Assembly (NCBI GenBank): GCA_035620555.1
Contig: DASPGQ010000226.1
Coordinates: 1-61,605 of the forward strand
Length of the DNA: 61,605 nt
Reading direction: 5' to 3'
Source: Vicinamibacteria bacterium
GTDB lineage: Bacteria > Acidobacteriota > Vicinamibacteria > Marinacidobacterales > SMYC01
Position 1 is the first letter of the stretch. The number at the start of each line of letters is the position of its first letter. The notes beneath the pieces were generated by a model that worked only from the letters and a program-made list of their open reading frames with translations, ran no database searches and was not told where the DNA came from. This document shows positions 46,645-56,686 of the stretch, piece after piece. Position numbers and translations under genes: made by a program.

Positions 46645-49257
46645 TTGAAACTCGCGAGAACCCTCGGCATCCTCGAAGCCGAGGTCGAATTGACGCTCCT
46701 GCTCGGGCTCACCCACTTCCTCGTGGCGGGGGCGCACTCTCTGTTCGACATCGGCGCGACGGCCCTTCTGATCGGCAACCTTGGACCGGATGCTTTGCCC
46801 CAGGTCTATTCGGCCAGCGCGATCGTATTGATCTTTGCGGGCCTCTTCGTGACTCCCCTCGTCGATCGCCTCGACCGTTCCCTGTTTTTCAGCCTGTTGC
46901 TCGCCGGTTCCGCGGCTCTAGTGCTCCTCACCTCGCAGGGCTCCGCCTACCGCGCTCTATACGTCGCGAGCTACCTGATGAAAGGGCTCTTCTTCCTTCA
47001 GTACTGGCTATTCGCGGGAGATCTTCTGGATCTGCGCCAGGCGAAGAGAGTATTCCCGGTGTTGCTCGGCTTCAGTCTCACCGGTGGCCTGGTGGCGAGT
47101 ATGGCCGCGGCGCAGATCCCACGATTTCTTCCCTCGGAGAGCCTGCTCGCTTTCTCCGGAGCCCTGATGGTTGCGGCGATCGTTCCCGTTCAATGGATAT
47201 CCCATCGCTGGCGCCGGCGCTTGCGTTACGCCGGAACGAGATCCCAGAGAGTCCCCTCCCTGGTTCACCGGATCAAGTCCGACATCGATGTCTCGTTCCA
47301 ATCGCCGCTGGTCAGAGCGCTTTCGCTCTACGTGTTTCTTCTCGCGCTGCTCGCTCAGATCCTCGATTTTCTGCTGGGCAAGGCCGCTCACGCCGCCTTC
47401 GCCGCGCCGAGTGGATCCGTTGCCGTCGAGGGACTCGCGAGCTTCTACGCTCTGCTGAACGCCGTGGTCATCGGCGTGGGAGCCCTCGTCCAGTTCTTCA
47501 TCGCCAACCGTCTCATCAACTCCGCGGGCGTCACCCGGGCTCAACTTCTCGCACCCATCACTTTTTTCGTCGTCTTCGCCAGCGCCAGCGTCGTGTGGCT
47601 CGCGGGCGGTGCTTTCTTCTTCACCGTCGTCGCCGCGAGAGCGATCCAGAGAGCATTTCGCATCTCGCTCGTTCGAACGTCGACCGACTTGATCTACAAC
47701 GCGATCCCGGGCGAGCGTCGCGGCCGCGCCAAGGCTTTCAAGGAGACACTCCTCGAGCCACTGGGCGTGCTCGCCGGCGGCCTGTTGCTCATGGCCAGCT
47801 CCGAGCTCCCACTTCAGTACGTTCTCGGCGGGGCGACGGGACTCTCGATCGTTCTCTTCGCCGCCACCGGCAAGCTCAAGGAACACTACATCGCGAGCCT
47901 GGTCCTGGTGCTCAAGGAGAGAAGTCGTTATCGATTCGCTTTTCCTTCGTTCGTCTCGCGGCAGGCCAGAACGCCTGCGGGGAAGACCGGCGTGAGTGGA
48001 CTGCGACGAGCTCTCGATGACGACGAGGCGTCGATCCGGCTCCTGGCCGTGGAAGTCGCCTCGGAGCTCAGAGAGCCGGAGGCCGCAACTCTGCTCGTCG
48101 ACCGGGTTCGCGACGAGCCCGATCCCCAGGTGCGCTCGCGAATGGTCTCGGCACTCGGAAGGATGGTTCGCAACCGCGGAGATCGCGCCGAGAGCGGATC
48201 CGCTACCGAAGTCGACCCCGCGGTGCGCGCCAGCGCCATGGAAACGCTGGCCCGGGACACGCTTCTTGCCGAGATGGGCAGGGAGACAAACGTGTCGCAG
48301 CCTAGCCGGGATAGCGCGCCTCGACGAGTCCTGGAGAACGGTGCGACGAGGAAACGCGCGCTCTTCGCGCTCGCGCGGAGCCAGGAAGAGGGGGCGCTCG
48401 AAAGGCTCGTTCATTACCTCGAGGAAGGCGACGGAGCGACACGACACGTCGCGGCGCGAGCGCTCGAGGGCTGCGGCGAGGCCGCGGTCGGCGTTCTCAC
48501 GCTCGCGCTCTGGAGCTCCGACGTCGAGGCACGCCGTTACGTCATCCGCGCCCTCGATCGAATCGGGACATCGAGCGCGCGCCAAGCGCTCCTGCCGGTT
48601 CTATCTCTGGAGGCGGAAGAGGCCTATTACGAGCTGCTGCGGCTCCAGGCGATTCAACATCTGCCGAGCAACCCCGCACTGGGCCTCCTCGAGGACTCCA
48701 TCGCCCAGAGAGTCCAGCTCGCTCGGGGAAACGCCCACCAGGTACTCAGAGCGGTGTTCATGGGTGAGCCGGGGATGCGTCTGATCCTCAGCAACTTGAA
48801 TCATCCCGACCGCTTCATTCGATCGAGCGCCCTCGAGGCGCTCGAGGTCCGCGTCGACACCGCCCTTCTCGGTGGGGTCTTGCCGCTATTCGAGCACGAC
48901 AGCCCGCGAGCGGTCGCCGAGCAAGGCGCCGAGCTCTTCGATTTCCCTTCGCGCTCCCCTCTCGATGCCCTTCTCGAGCTCACGCGCCATCGCTCGGCCT
49001 GGATTCGAGCGTGCGCCGTCTACGCCGTCGGCCATATGGGAACTCTCGCGTGCCTCGAACGACTCGAACAGCTTACGAGAGACGATTACGAGCTCACGAG
49101 GCTCAACGCCGTCGAAGCGATCGGACGGCTGGGAGACGAAACCAGCCTCCGGTTGCTCGGTCGCCTCGAGACCGGCGGGGACGAGACGATGAAAGCCTAC
49201 ACGCTCGAGGCCATCGAGGCGATCCGTCGCCGGCAGTCGGCACGGTCGGCGGGATAG
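46645..49257 (+). CDS. TLC/Npt-like (ATP:ADP-antiporter-family MFS) membrane domain fused to C-terminal HEAT repeats, paralog 1
   Basis: TTG start. Polytopic N-terminal half with YWLFAGDLLDLRQAKRVFPVLLGFSLTGGLVAS (compare TLC family LFWxFANxxxxxxEAKRxY...G). C-terminal HEAT-like repeats (DPQVRSRMVSALGRM, DVEARRYVIRALDRIG, SAWIRACAVYAVGHMG, TRLNAVEAIGRLGD). Confidence 0.75.
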   Translation: MKLARTLGILEAEVELTLLLGLTHFLVAGAHSLFDIGATALLIGNLGPDALPQVYSASAIVLIFAGLFVTPLVDRLDRSLFFSLLLAGSAALVLLTSQGSAYRALYVASYLMKGLFFLQYWLFAGDLLDLRQAKRVFPVLLGFSLTGGLVASMAAAQIPRFLPSESLLAFSGALMVAAIVPVQWISHRWRRRLRYAGTRSQRVPSLVHRIKSDIDVSFQSPLVRALSLYVFLLALLAQILDFLLGKAAHAAFAAPSGSVAVEGLASFYALLNAVVIGVGALVQFFIANRLINSAGVTRAQLLAPITFFVVFASASVVWLAGGAFFFTVVAARAIQRAFRISLVRTSTDLIYNAIPGERRGRAKAFKETLLEPLGVLAGGLLLMASSELPLQYVLGGATGLSIVLFAATGKLKEHYIASLVLVLKERSRYRFAFPSFVSRQARTPAGKTGVSGLRRALDDDEASIRLLAVEVASELREPEAATLLVDRVRDEPDPQVRSRMVSALGRMVRNRGDRAESGSATEVDPAVRASAMETLARDTLLAEMGRETNVSQPSRDSAPRRVLENGATRKRALFALARSQEEGALERLVHYLEEGDGATRHVAARALEGCGEAAVGVLTLALWSSDVEARRYVIRALDRIGTSSARQALLPVLSLEAEEAYYELLRLQAIQHLPSNPALGLLEDSIAQRVQLARGNAHQVLRAVFMGEPGMRLILSNLNHPDRFIRSSALEALEVRVDTALLGGVLPLFEHDSPRAVAEQGAELFDFPSRSPLDALLELTRHRSAWIRACAVYAVGHMGTLACLERLEQLTRDDYELTRLNAVEAIGRLGDETSLRLLGRLETGGDETMKAYTLEAIEAIRRRQSARSAG

Positions 49258-49261
49258 TTGG

Positions 49262-50008
49262 TTAGGTCTCCTCGAGCTGTCCGGCGACCGCCCTCGCCGC
49301 CTCCGACACCTTCTCGGGATCGCCCAGGTAGTAATGTCGGATCGGCACCAGATCGTCGTTCAGCTCGTATACCAGGGGAACTCCCGTCGGGATGTTCAAC
49401 TCGGCGATCTCGTCATCGGGGACGTGATCGAGGTACTTCACCAGAGCTCTGAGACTGTTGCCGTGAGCCGCGATCAGGACTCTTCGTCCCGATGCGACTT
49501 CGGGGGCGATCGATTTTCGCCAGCACGGGAGGAAGCGCTCGACCGTTTCCTTGAGACTCTCCCCCAGAGGTACCTCGGCGGGCGCCAGAGAGGCATAGCG
49601 AGGGTCGCGGCGGGGATTTCGCGGATCGGACGGATCGAGCGGGGGAGGCGGCGTATCATAGCCTCGCCGCCAGGTCTGGACCTGTTCCAAACCATAGCGC
49701 TTCGCGGTCTCTGCCTTGTTCAAACCCTGGAGAGCTCCGTAGTGGCGCTCGTTCAAACGCCAGCTTCGGTGGACGGGAATCCACATGAGGTCCATCTCGT
49801 CGAGAACGAGCCAGAGCGTCCGTATCGCTCGTTTGAGCACCGAAGTGAACGCCACGTCGAAGAAATAGTCCTGAGCGGCCAGGGTTCGGCCCGCCTCGCG
49901 AGCCTCGGTGACGCCTTTGTCGGTCAGGTCCACATCGGTCCATCCGGTGAAGCGATTGGCTTTGTTCCAGAGACTCTCGCCGTGACGAAGGAGCACGAGT
50001 TTCTTCAT
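49262..50008 (-). CDS. gpmA: 2,3-bisphosphoglycerate-dependent phosphoglycerate mutase
   Basis: ORF trimmed to ATG 50008. [29 protein letters not shown]...[17 protein letters not shown]...[10 protein letters not shown]. Confidence 0.95.
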   Translation of the reverse strand: MKKLVLLRHGESLWNKANRFTGWTDVDLTDKGVTEAREAGRTLAAQDYFFDVAFTSVLKRAIRTLWLVLDEMDLMWIPVHRSWRLNERHYGALQGLNKAETAKRYGLEQVQTWRRGYDTPPPPLDPSDPRNPRRDPRYASLAPAEVPLGESLKETVERFLPCWRKSIAPEVASGRRVLIAAHGNSLRALVKYLDHVPDDEIAELNIPTGVPLVYELNDDLVPIRHYYLGDPEKVSEAARAVAGQLEET

Positions 50009-50018
50009 GGCGGCTCGT

Positions 50019-51623
50019 TCATGCCGTCGCCGGCGCGGCGGCACGCACGTCGTCGTCGACGTCCCCGGCAAATCGCTCGAAGTTCTTGTCGAACATGCCC
50101 GCGAGCTTTCTGCCCTGGGCATCGTAGGCATCGGGATCCGACCAGGTCGAGCGGGGATCGAGGATTCCCGGAGGTACATCGGGACAGGATTGCGGGACTT
50201 GGAACCCGAAGATAGGATCGGTGGTGGTCGGGACGGCGTCGAGGGCCCCGCTCAACGCGGCGCGAACGATGGCCCGGGTGTGCGACAGCTTCATTCGGTG
50301 ACCGGAGCCGTAAGCGCCTCCCGTCCAACCGGTGTTCACGAGCCAGGTCACGAGCCGGTGCCGACTCAACCGCTCGCCGAGCATCTTGGAGTAGACCGCG
50401 GGCTTGCGCGACATGAAGGGGGCACCGAAGCAGGCGCTGAAGGTGGCTTGAGGCTCGTCGATACCCCGCTCGGTGCCGGCGACCTTCGCCGTGTAGCCCG
50501 AGAGGAAATGATACATGGCCTGTTGGGGATTGAGCTTCGCGACCGGTGGGAGCACGCCGAACGCGTCGGCTGCCAGCATGAGAACGGTTTTTGGATGCCC
50601 GGCCCAGCCGGTTCTGGAGACGTTGGGAATGTGAGAAACGGGATAGGACGCACGCGTGTTCTCGGTGAAACTGTCGGAGTCGAGGTCGAGCCGCCGGGTC
50701 TTGGTATCGATGACGACGTTCTCGAGGATGGTTCCGAACATTCGGGTGGTGGCGTAGATTTCCGGCTCGCCCTCGGAAGACAGCCGAATGACCTTGGCAT
50801 AGCAACCGCCCTCGAAGTTGAAGACCCCCTGGTCGCTCCATCCATGCTCGTCGTCACCGATGAGGACACGGTCGGGATCGGCGGATAGCGTCGTCTTCCC
50901 CGTCCCCGACAGGCCGAAGAAGATGGCCACGTCGTCCTCGTCCTTGCCGAAGTTGGCGGAACAGTGCATCGGCAGCACGCCGTCGGGAGGGAGCAAGTAG
51001 GTCATGACGGTCAGGATCGACTTCTTGATCTCCCCGGCATAGTCGGTGCCTCCGATGATGACTTCCTTGCGTGCGAAGTTGAGCATGACGAACACTTCCG
51101 AGCGGGTCCCGTCCTCCTCGGGAACGGCCTGGAACCGGGGAGCGCAGATCACGGTGAACTCGGGGACGTGAGACGCGAGCTTGTCGGGGTTCTTCTCGCG
51201 AACGAACATGTTCCTGGCAAACAGGTTGTGCCACGCTCGCGTGTTGATGATCCGAATCGGAATCTTGTAGTCGGGGTGCGTTCCGACATAGCAGTCCTGG
51301 ACGTAGAGATCGCGACCCCTGAGGTACGCGGTCAGCCTGGCTCGCAGTCTGTCGTACTGCGACGTCTCGCAAGGCTTCGCGACGTCCCACCAGATGTGTT
51401 TTTCGCTCCGCGGCTCGCGAACGATGTATTTGTCGTTGGGTGAGCGGCCCGTATATTGGCCGGTATGAACGACGAGAGGGCCCCGGTGAGCGATGAAGCC
51501 CTCGCGGCGCTGAATGGCATGCTCGTAGAGGGCTGCGCTCGAGAGGTTCCACCAGACGGTGGCGTCGAAGATTCCGTGGTTATCGAGTCCGAAACGGCTG
51601 CGAAAAGCTCCCTGTTCCTCCAT
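50019..51623 (-). CDS. pckA: Phosphoenolpyruvate carboxykinase (ATP)
   Basis: [15 protein letters not shown]...[13 protein letters not shown]...LIGDDEHGW...[10 protein letters not shown]. Confidence 0.95.
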   Translation of the reverse strand: MEEQGAFRSRFGLDNHGIFDATVWWNLSSAALYEHAIQRREGFIAHRGPLVVHTGQYTGRSPNDKYIVREPRSEKHIWWDVAKPCETSQYDRLRARLTAYLRGRDLYVQDCYVGTHPDYKIPIRIINTRAWHNLFARNMFVREKNPDKLASHVPEFTVICAPRFQAVPEEDGTRSEVFVMLNFARKEVIIGGTDYAGEIKKSILTVMTYLLPPDGVLPMHCSANFGKDEDDVAIFFGLSGTGKTTLSADPDRVLIGDDEHGWSDQGVFNFEGGCYAKVIRLSSEGEPEIYATTRMFGTILENVVIDTKTRRLDLDSDSFTENTRASYPVSHIPNVSRTGWAGHPKTVLMLAADAFGVLPPVAKLNPQQAMYHFLSGYTAKVAGTERGIDEPQATFSACFGAPFMSRKPAVYSKMLGERLSRHRLVTWLVNTGWTGGAYGSGHRMKLSHTRAIVRAALSGALDAVPTTTDPIFGFQVPQSCPDVPPGILDPRSTWSDPDAYDAQGRKLAGMFDKNFERFAGDVDDDVRAAAPATA

Positions 51624-51703
51624 CCCTTCCGATACTCCTCGTATAAGGCACCGTTTTCCAATCTAACATCAATCGCCGGGGCCGACCACCGGGGATCCGG
51701 CTC

Positions 51704-54349
51704 TCATGACGAGGGGGGCACCCGTCGCTCGAGCTCGGAGAACCAGTCGACGACCACGTGAAGCCGCGTGGCCTCGCTCCCCCGATCCGTTTGTACCATG
51801 ATGAACCCGGTGCCGTCTCGCGTTTTGTCGTAGCCCGCATAGGGAGCACCGGCTTCGTCGAAGGGCGCTTCGAACAGCGGGCGTGGCTTTCCCGCCCGAA
51901 ACTCGGGCTCGGTCTCGATCGAAACCACCATCATGGAGTCCTCGTCGCGGTAGAAGAGCTCCTCGCCGTCGCGGCCCCAGACCGGCTCGTGGCCGCCCTC
52001 GGTCGAGATCGGCCCACTACCTTTCAGCTCCCCGGAAGGAAATTCACGCACGTAGATCTCGTCCCTGATGCCGTTCTCGTCGGATACGTATGCCAGGTAC
52101 CGGCCGTCGGGAGAGAACATGGCGGCGCTTTCGTTGAACGGTGTCGCGAGAAAAGGCTCGGTGCGGCCGTTCACCCAAAGGACGACGTCGAACTGAGTGT
52201 CCGGAGACAACTCGGTAAACGCCAGGTGGCGCCCGTCCGGCGACCAGGAATTGGGGAACTGAGGATTGGGACTGGTCGTGAGGCGAACCGCCGGGGACGA
52301 TCCATCGATGGCCTTAGTAAAAAGGTTCACGATCCCATCTGACTCCCGACCGAACGTCATCTCGCGACCGTCGGGCTTCCAGATCGCCCCGCCGCTGTTT
52401 CCTTCGAACGTGACGCGTCTCATCGACCCGCGATGGGTGTCCAAGAGGAAGATATCGGTCGATTCCCCTTCGGTAACCGTCACGAGGAGCTGATCGCCCG
52501 ACGGAGAGAGTCGGGGCACCTGATAGCCGCGCGAGGTGCGGGTCAGGAGGCTGGCGCCGCCGTTGCGATCGATGAGAAGCAGCCGGCCCGAAGCCTCGTT
52601 CGCCCCATCCCCCCCCTCGGGGACGTAGACGAGCGTGCCATCGCTCGCCAAATCGTAGAAAGATGCACCGGTCAGATCGTCGAATCCCACGCCCGAGAGC
52701 ATCTCGATGGCCGCGCCGCGGATCTCGAGTGCCCGCGAATCGAATCGAGCCGCCATCAGGCTCGTCCCCCGGGCGAATACCAGGTGGCCCCTGGGCGAGT
52801 AGCGCGCGTAGGATCCGTCCTCCACGACGACGCGAGTCTCGGTCTCGCCTGACGCCACGACCTCGATTCGAAACCGTCCACCCGGCATGAGGCTGGTAAA
52901 GAGCACGTGTCCATCGGGCAATACGGTGGGCCATCGATGGCTTCGGGTTTCATCCCCGAGGGTGGTAAGACCGACCATTGCGGGATTGCCGGTCCCCATC
53001 GCCGACAACCCCCCCATCGTGAGGGGAGCGAGAACGATCATACTCGAGCCCCAGTTCGCTCCCCGCGGACTCGGAGCGTCGACCAGCGATTCGACCGCGA
53101 ACCCCGAAAGCGACATGCGTTGCAGCTTCCCTTCGGAGAAAAAGCCCAGCGAGTCTCCGTCGGGAGAAAAAAAAGGGCTCGAGGCACCGGTTGTTCCCGG
53201 AAGCGGAGTCGGATCGAGGCGGTCCATCGCCCGCAGGCGCAGCTCGGTCGTCTCGCCACGGCGGGCGGTGTAGACGAGCCGCGTGCCGTCAGGGGACAGC
53301 GCGAGAGGAGAGCCCGCCTCGAGCGCGACGGGCTCGGTCGGCGGAACGTCGATGGTGAAGACGCGCCCGCTTTTCAGCGACCGGACCTGTCCATCCCAGA
53401 CGCGTCCCACTACGAAACCGACGAGCAGACCGGCCGCCGCGAGAGCGAGCGCGGCCCAGATGGGCATTTCGTGCTTGGGGGGCTCGAGCGGGCCTTCGAG
53501 TGCCTCTTCGATCTCGAGCCGTGCGTCTTCGATGTCGTGGAGCCGCCGGTGCAGCTCCTTGCGAAGGCAACGCTGCAGGAGATGGCGAATGTTGCGCGGC
53601 ACCCATGCGGGAAGCGCCCCGAAGTCGGGCTCGGTGGAGATGACCGCGGCGAGAATGTCGGAGCTCGTTTTCCCCTCGAACGGATGCCGCCCCGAAAGAG
53701 CTTCGAAAAAGCATACCCCGAAGGACCAGATATCGGTGCGCTTGTCGAGACTCTGCCCCCGTGCCTGTTCCGGGCTCATGTAAGCGAGCGTTCCGAGAAT
53801 GTCTCCTTCCATCGTCATCCGGTCCGGCGCTGTCACGGTCTTCCCGCTCGGACCGAGCGGGGTCTCGGCCAGAAGCTCTTTGGCCAGGCCGAAATCCAGA
53901 ACTTTCACGAGGCCCTGCGGCGTCACCTTGACATTGGCCGGCTTCAGGTCGCGGTGGATGATTCCTCTCTCGTGCGCGGCGCCCAGCCCGGCGGCTATCT
54001 GGCGAAACAAATCGAGAGCTTCCCGAAGCGGAAGAGGCCCTTGCTGCATCTTCTCGGCGAGAGTCAACCCTTTGACGAGATCGAGGACGAGAAAAAGCAC
54101 ATCGCCGTCCCTCTCGAGTCCGTGGAGAGTACCGATATTGGGATGACTCAGCGAGGCGAGAAGCACCGCCTCACGTTCGAAGCGCGCGACGCGCTGAGGG
54201 TCCCGGGCAAGATCGTCGGGGAGGACCTTGATGGCCACTTCCCGCTTGAGGTGAGTGTCCCGGGCGAGGTAGACCTCGCCCATTCCGCCCGCGCCGAGTG
54301 TATCGAGGATCTCGAACCCGCCGAGACGACTCTTAGGCTCGAGGGGCAC
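51704..54349 (-). CDS. Ser/Thr protein kinase with one TM and a C-terminal TolB-like beta-propeller region
   Basis: GAGGMGEVYLARD...VAIKVL...IIHRDLKPANV...DFGLAK...YMSPEQ. A TM segment (IWAALALAAAGLLVGFVV), then repeated SPDG...F motifs typical of TolB/WD40-like propellers. Confidence 0.9.
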   Translation of the reverse strand: MPLEPKSRLGGFEILDTLGAGGMGEVYLARDTHLKREVAIKVLPDDLARDPQRVARFEREAVLLASLSHPNIGTLHGLERDGDVLFLVLDLVKGLTLAEKMQQGPLPLREALDLFRQIAAGLGAAHERGIIHRDLKPANVKVTPQGLVKVLDFGLAKELLAETPLGPSGKTVTAPDRMTMEGDILGTLAYMSPEQARGQSLDKRTDIWSFGVCFFEALSGRHPFEGKTSSDILAAVISTEPDFGALPAWVPRNIRHLLQRCLRKELHRRLHDIEDARLEIEEALEGPLEPPKHEMPIWAALALAAAGLLVGFVVGRVWDGQVRSLKSGRVFTIDVPPTEPVALEAGSPLALSPDGTRLVYTARRGETTELRLRAMDRLDPTPLPGTTGASSPFFSPDGDSLGFFSEGKLQRMSLSGFAVESLVDAPSPRGANWGSSMIVLAPLTMGGLSAMGTGNPAMVGLTTLGDETRSHRWPTVLPDGHVLFTSLMPGGRFRIEVVASGETETRVVVEDGSYARYSPRGHLVFARGTSLMAARFDSRALEIRGAAIEMLSGVGFDDLTGASFYDLASDGTLVYVPEGGDGANEASGRLLLIDRNGGASLLTRTSRGYQVPRLSPSGDQLLVTVTEGESTDIFLLDTHRGSMRRVTFEGNSGGAIWKPDGREMTFGRESDGIVNLFTKAIDGSSPAVRLTTSPNPQFPNSWSPDGRHLAFTELSPDTQFDVVLWVNGRTEPFLATPFNESAAMFSPDGRYLAYVSDENGIRDEIYVREFPSGELKGSGPISTEGGHEPVWGRDGEELFYRDEDSMMVVSIETEPEFRAGKPRPLFEAPFDEAGAPYAGYDKTRDGTGFIMVQTDRGSEATRLHVVVDWFSELERRVPPSS

Positions 54350-54514
54350 TTGGGATCACTCTCTATGGGTCATGGCGACGTCGGTCGGAACGTTTCGCGT
54401 GCGCTGCACCGGGCTCGACGTGCTCGGGGCGTGGAGACGCATGTCTCCGAGCAGGCCTACCACGCAAGCGAAGGAAGACTAGCACATTTGGCGATACAAT
54501 AGGCGCGGAGCGAC

Positions 54515-55012
54515 GTGATGCGATACTCTCGATTCGTCGTGGCGTTCACGCTCATCGGAGCGACCACGGCCACTGCTCAGACGGTTCGGGTCCGCTGGGA
54601 GCGGACCGTCGACTTCAGTCGATACCAAAGCTATATGTGGATCGAGGGCGCGCGGGCACTCGACGATCAGGCCCATCGCCTCGTCGTCGACAGCACCGAC
54701 GCGACGCTCGCGGTGGCGGGTATCTTCAAGGACGAGTTCGAGCCCGATCTCTACGTCACCTACTACGCTTCCGTGGACGAGAGCTTCCAGATCAGCGGAG
54801 GTTACCGGCGCGACTGGAACGACGCGCGCGCGGTGACGGTCGAGACCCACGCCGCGGGAACGCTCGTCATCGATTTGGTGGATGCCGCCGAGAACCAGCT
54901 CGTCTGGCAGGCTTCCGCCACCGCGGCTCTCACCAATGACATGAAGAAGAACCGCGACAAGGTTCGCGAAGCTTTGAGCAAGATGTTCGCCGACTTTCCC
55001 CCGTCGAACTAA
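54515..55012 (+). CDS. DUF4136 domain exported protein
   Basis: Signal peptide MMRYSRFVVAFTLIGATTATA. ...AAGTLVIDLVDAAENQLVWQASATAAL... matches the DUF4136 pattern as I recall it. Confidence 0.7.
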   Translation: MMRYSRFVVAFTLIGATTATAQTVRVRWERTVDFSRYQSYMWIEGARALDDQAHRLVVDSTDATLAVAGIFKDEFEPDLYVTYYASVDESFQISGGYRRDWNDARAVTVETHAAGTLVIDLVDAAENQLVWQASATAALTNDMKKNRDKVREALSKMFADFPPSN

Positions 55013-55019
55013 CTCGGCC

Positions 55020-56684
55020 TCATTCCATGGGGAATGACGAAGGCTCGGGGCTCTCTCGGTCGATGCCGACGATCGCGTAGCCCGAGCCTTCCGGTCTCAG
55101 ATACACCTGAGCGCTTCGGGCCCAGTGTGGATTGTCGGAGTTGTGAGAGCGAATCGTCGCCACGAGGAAAAGGTCGGGAGAGGAAATCGAAGGAATGGCG
55201 AGGCGGGTGGACGTCTGACGCTCCGGCTCCACCAGGGTTCGGCTCGCGCCGGTTGCGTTGTCGTAGGATGACCAGTCCACTTCGTAGATCGTCTCCGTCT
55301 GCACGAAGCCGTACTTCTCCGACAGATTCGTGAAGGCGAGCCCATCGCCGTCGATGCGAAACTCGTCCAGCGGGTTCAAGGCGTTGATGCCGAATCTGCC
55401 GCACTCGAGCTGCCGCTCGACGAGGACCTCGAGAAAGTAAGCGGCGTCCTCGGGGCGGCTGTACTCTCCGGTCTCGACGATGGCGGAAAGCTCGTCGCGC
55501 GTGAGCTTCATCAGGATCTTTGCGGCCCAGAAGGCGTCCCGGGCAGTCATCCGGACGAAGGCGGGATTGGGGTAGTCGTTGCGCCACTTCACCGGGTCGA
55601 AAAGCTCGGACTCCCAGCGCCCCACCGCCTCGTACTCGGGGAAGGGTGGCCACTTGGCCTTTCGGTACTCGGGAACGTGAAATCCGAAGCCCAACAAGTT
55701 CTTCTTGGCGAGGCGCAGGTCGAGGGAATAGTGGAAGCTCAGGTGGGCATATTGCATATCCACCGAACCGCTTCCGAACGTCGAGCCGAAATCGAGCAGA
55801 AAGTGTCTCACGTAGTGCGTGCCGTCGTCCTCGACGTAACTATCCTGGGTATTGTGGGCGCGGGTGTCGTCGTGGTTGAGCCAGGCGGCAAAGAGGCGGA
55901 GTCCTCGAAGCTCGCGCCGGTCCTCGTGCGGGATAACGTCGTTGGGGTCGTCGCTGCGCATGCCGTAGTAGCGGAATGGCCCGATCGGCTGTCCGGGAAT
56001 GTATTTGCTCGCCAGGACCCGCATCGTCCCGTCGGCAAGCCGCGGCACCCTGCGGATCATGCGGCGAAAACGAAATTCGGTGAGAGCCATCTTGTCACCG
56101 AAGCGGTCCTCGACCTCGGTCCCCGGCGCGATTTTGAAACGGTCAGGATGGACGCGAACGATGTAGTTCTCGGGCACGTTGTAGCCGAGCGCGTGGAAGA
56201 GCTTGGAAGCGATGACTTCCGCCGCGGAGGCGATCTCGGGTACGTCCACCGGGTCGAGCTTGATCACGTAGCGATCGCCGGCACCGTCGCTGATTTCGAA
56301 CCCCGGAGTCAAGCCCTGGCTCTTGCTCCGAAACACGGTCCAGGTCTCTTGGGGATCGGGACCGTTCCCCTGATTGGCTCCCCGCGACAGCTCTTCGACG
56401 CTCAATCGTCTCTCGCCGAGGCGGTTCGTGAACCAGCTGCTGTTCGGCAGCTCGTCGAGCACGTTTACGTTCGCGGCCTCGGATCCGATCGGTGATTCAC
56501 CCCAATCCTTGAACATGTGTCCGAAGCGATCGTACAAATCCGAGAGCGCGATCGCCTCCGGCTGGGTAGGCACGTCGAGCCGATCGTTGTCCACGACCAG
56601 GGGATCGTCGGGAAAGAACTTGGGCTCATGGGCCTCGCCGCGCACCGGCCCGAGGAGAGCGAGAATCAGAACGAGCTCGTTCAT
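55020..56684 (-). CDS. Hypothetical, probably exported protein with a protein-kinase-like (PKL) motif set
   Basis: ORF 55020..56897 trimmed to ATG 56684, 2 nt after the upstream stop. N-terminus MNELVLILALLGPVRGEA. Motifs in kinase order: GDRYVIKLD (beta3 Lys), AAEVIASKLFHALGY (alphaC Glu), LNHDDTRAHN (HxDxxxxN catalytic loop), FLLDFGSTFGSG (DFG). No family name recalled. Confidence 0.6.
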   Translation of the reverse strand: MNELVLILALLGPVRGEAHEPKFFPDDPLVVDNDRLDVPTQPEAIALSDLYDRFGHMFKDWGESPIGSEAANVNVLDELPNSSWFTNRLGERRLSVEELSRGANQGNGPDPQETWTVFRSKSQGLTPGFEISDGAGDRYVIKLDPVDVPEIASAAEVIASKLFHALGYNVPENYIVRVHPDRFKIAPGTEVEDRFGDKMALTEFRFRRMIRRVPRLADGTMRVLASKYIPGQPIGPFRYYGMRSDDPNDVIPHEDRRELRGLRLFAAWLNHDDTRAHNTQDSYVEDDGTHYVRHFLLDFGSTFGSGSVDMQYAHLSFHYSLDLRLAKKNLLGFGFHVPEYRKAKWPPFPEYEAVGRWESELFDPVKWRNDYPNPAFVRMTARDAFWAAKILMKLTRDELSAIVETGEYSRPEDAAYFLEVLVERQLECGRFGINALNPLDEFRIDGDGLAFTNLSEKYGFVQTETIYEVDWSSYDNATGASRTLVEPERQTSTRLAIPSISSPDLFLVATIRSHNSDNPHWARSAQVYLRPEGSGYAIVGIDRESPEPSSFPME

Positions 56685-56686
56685 CG

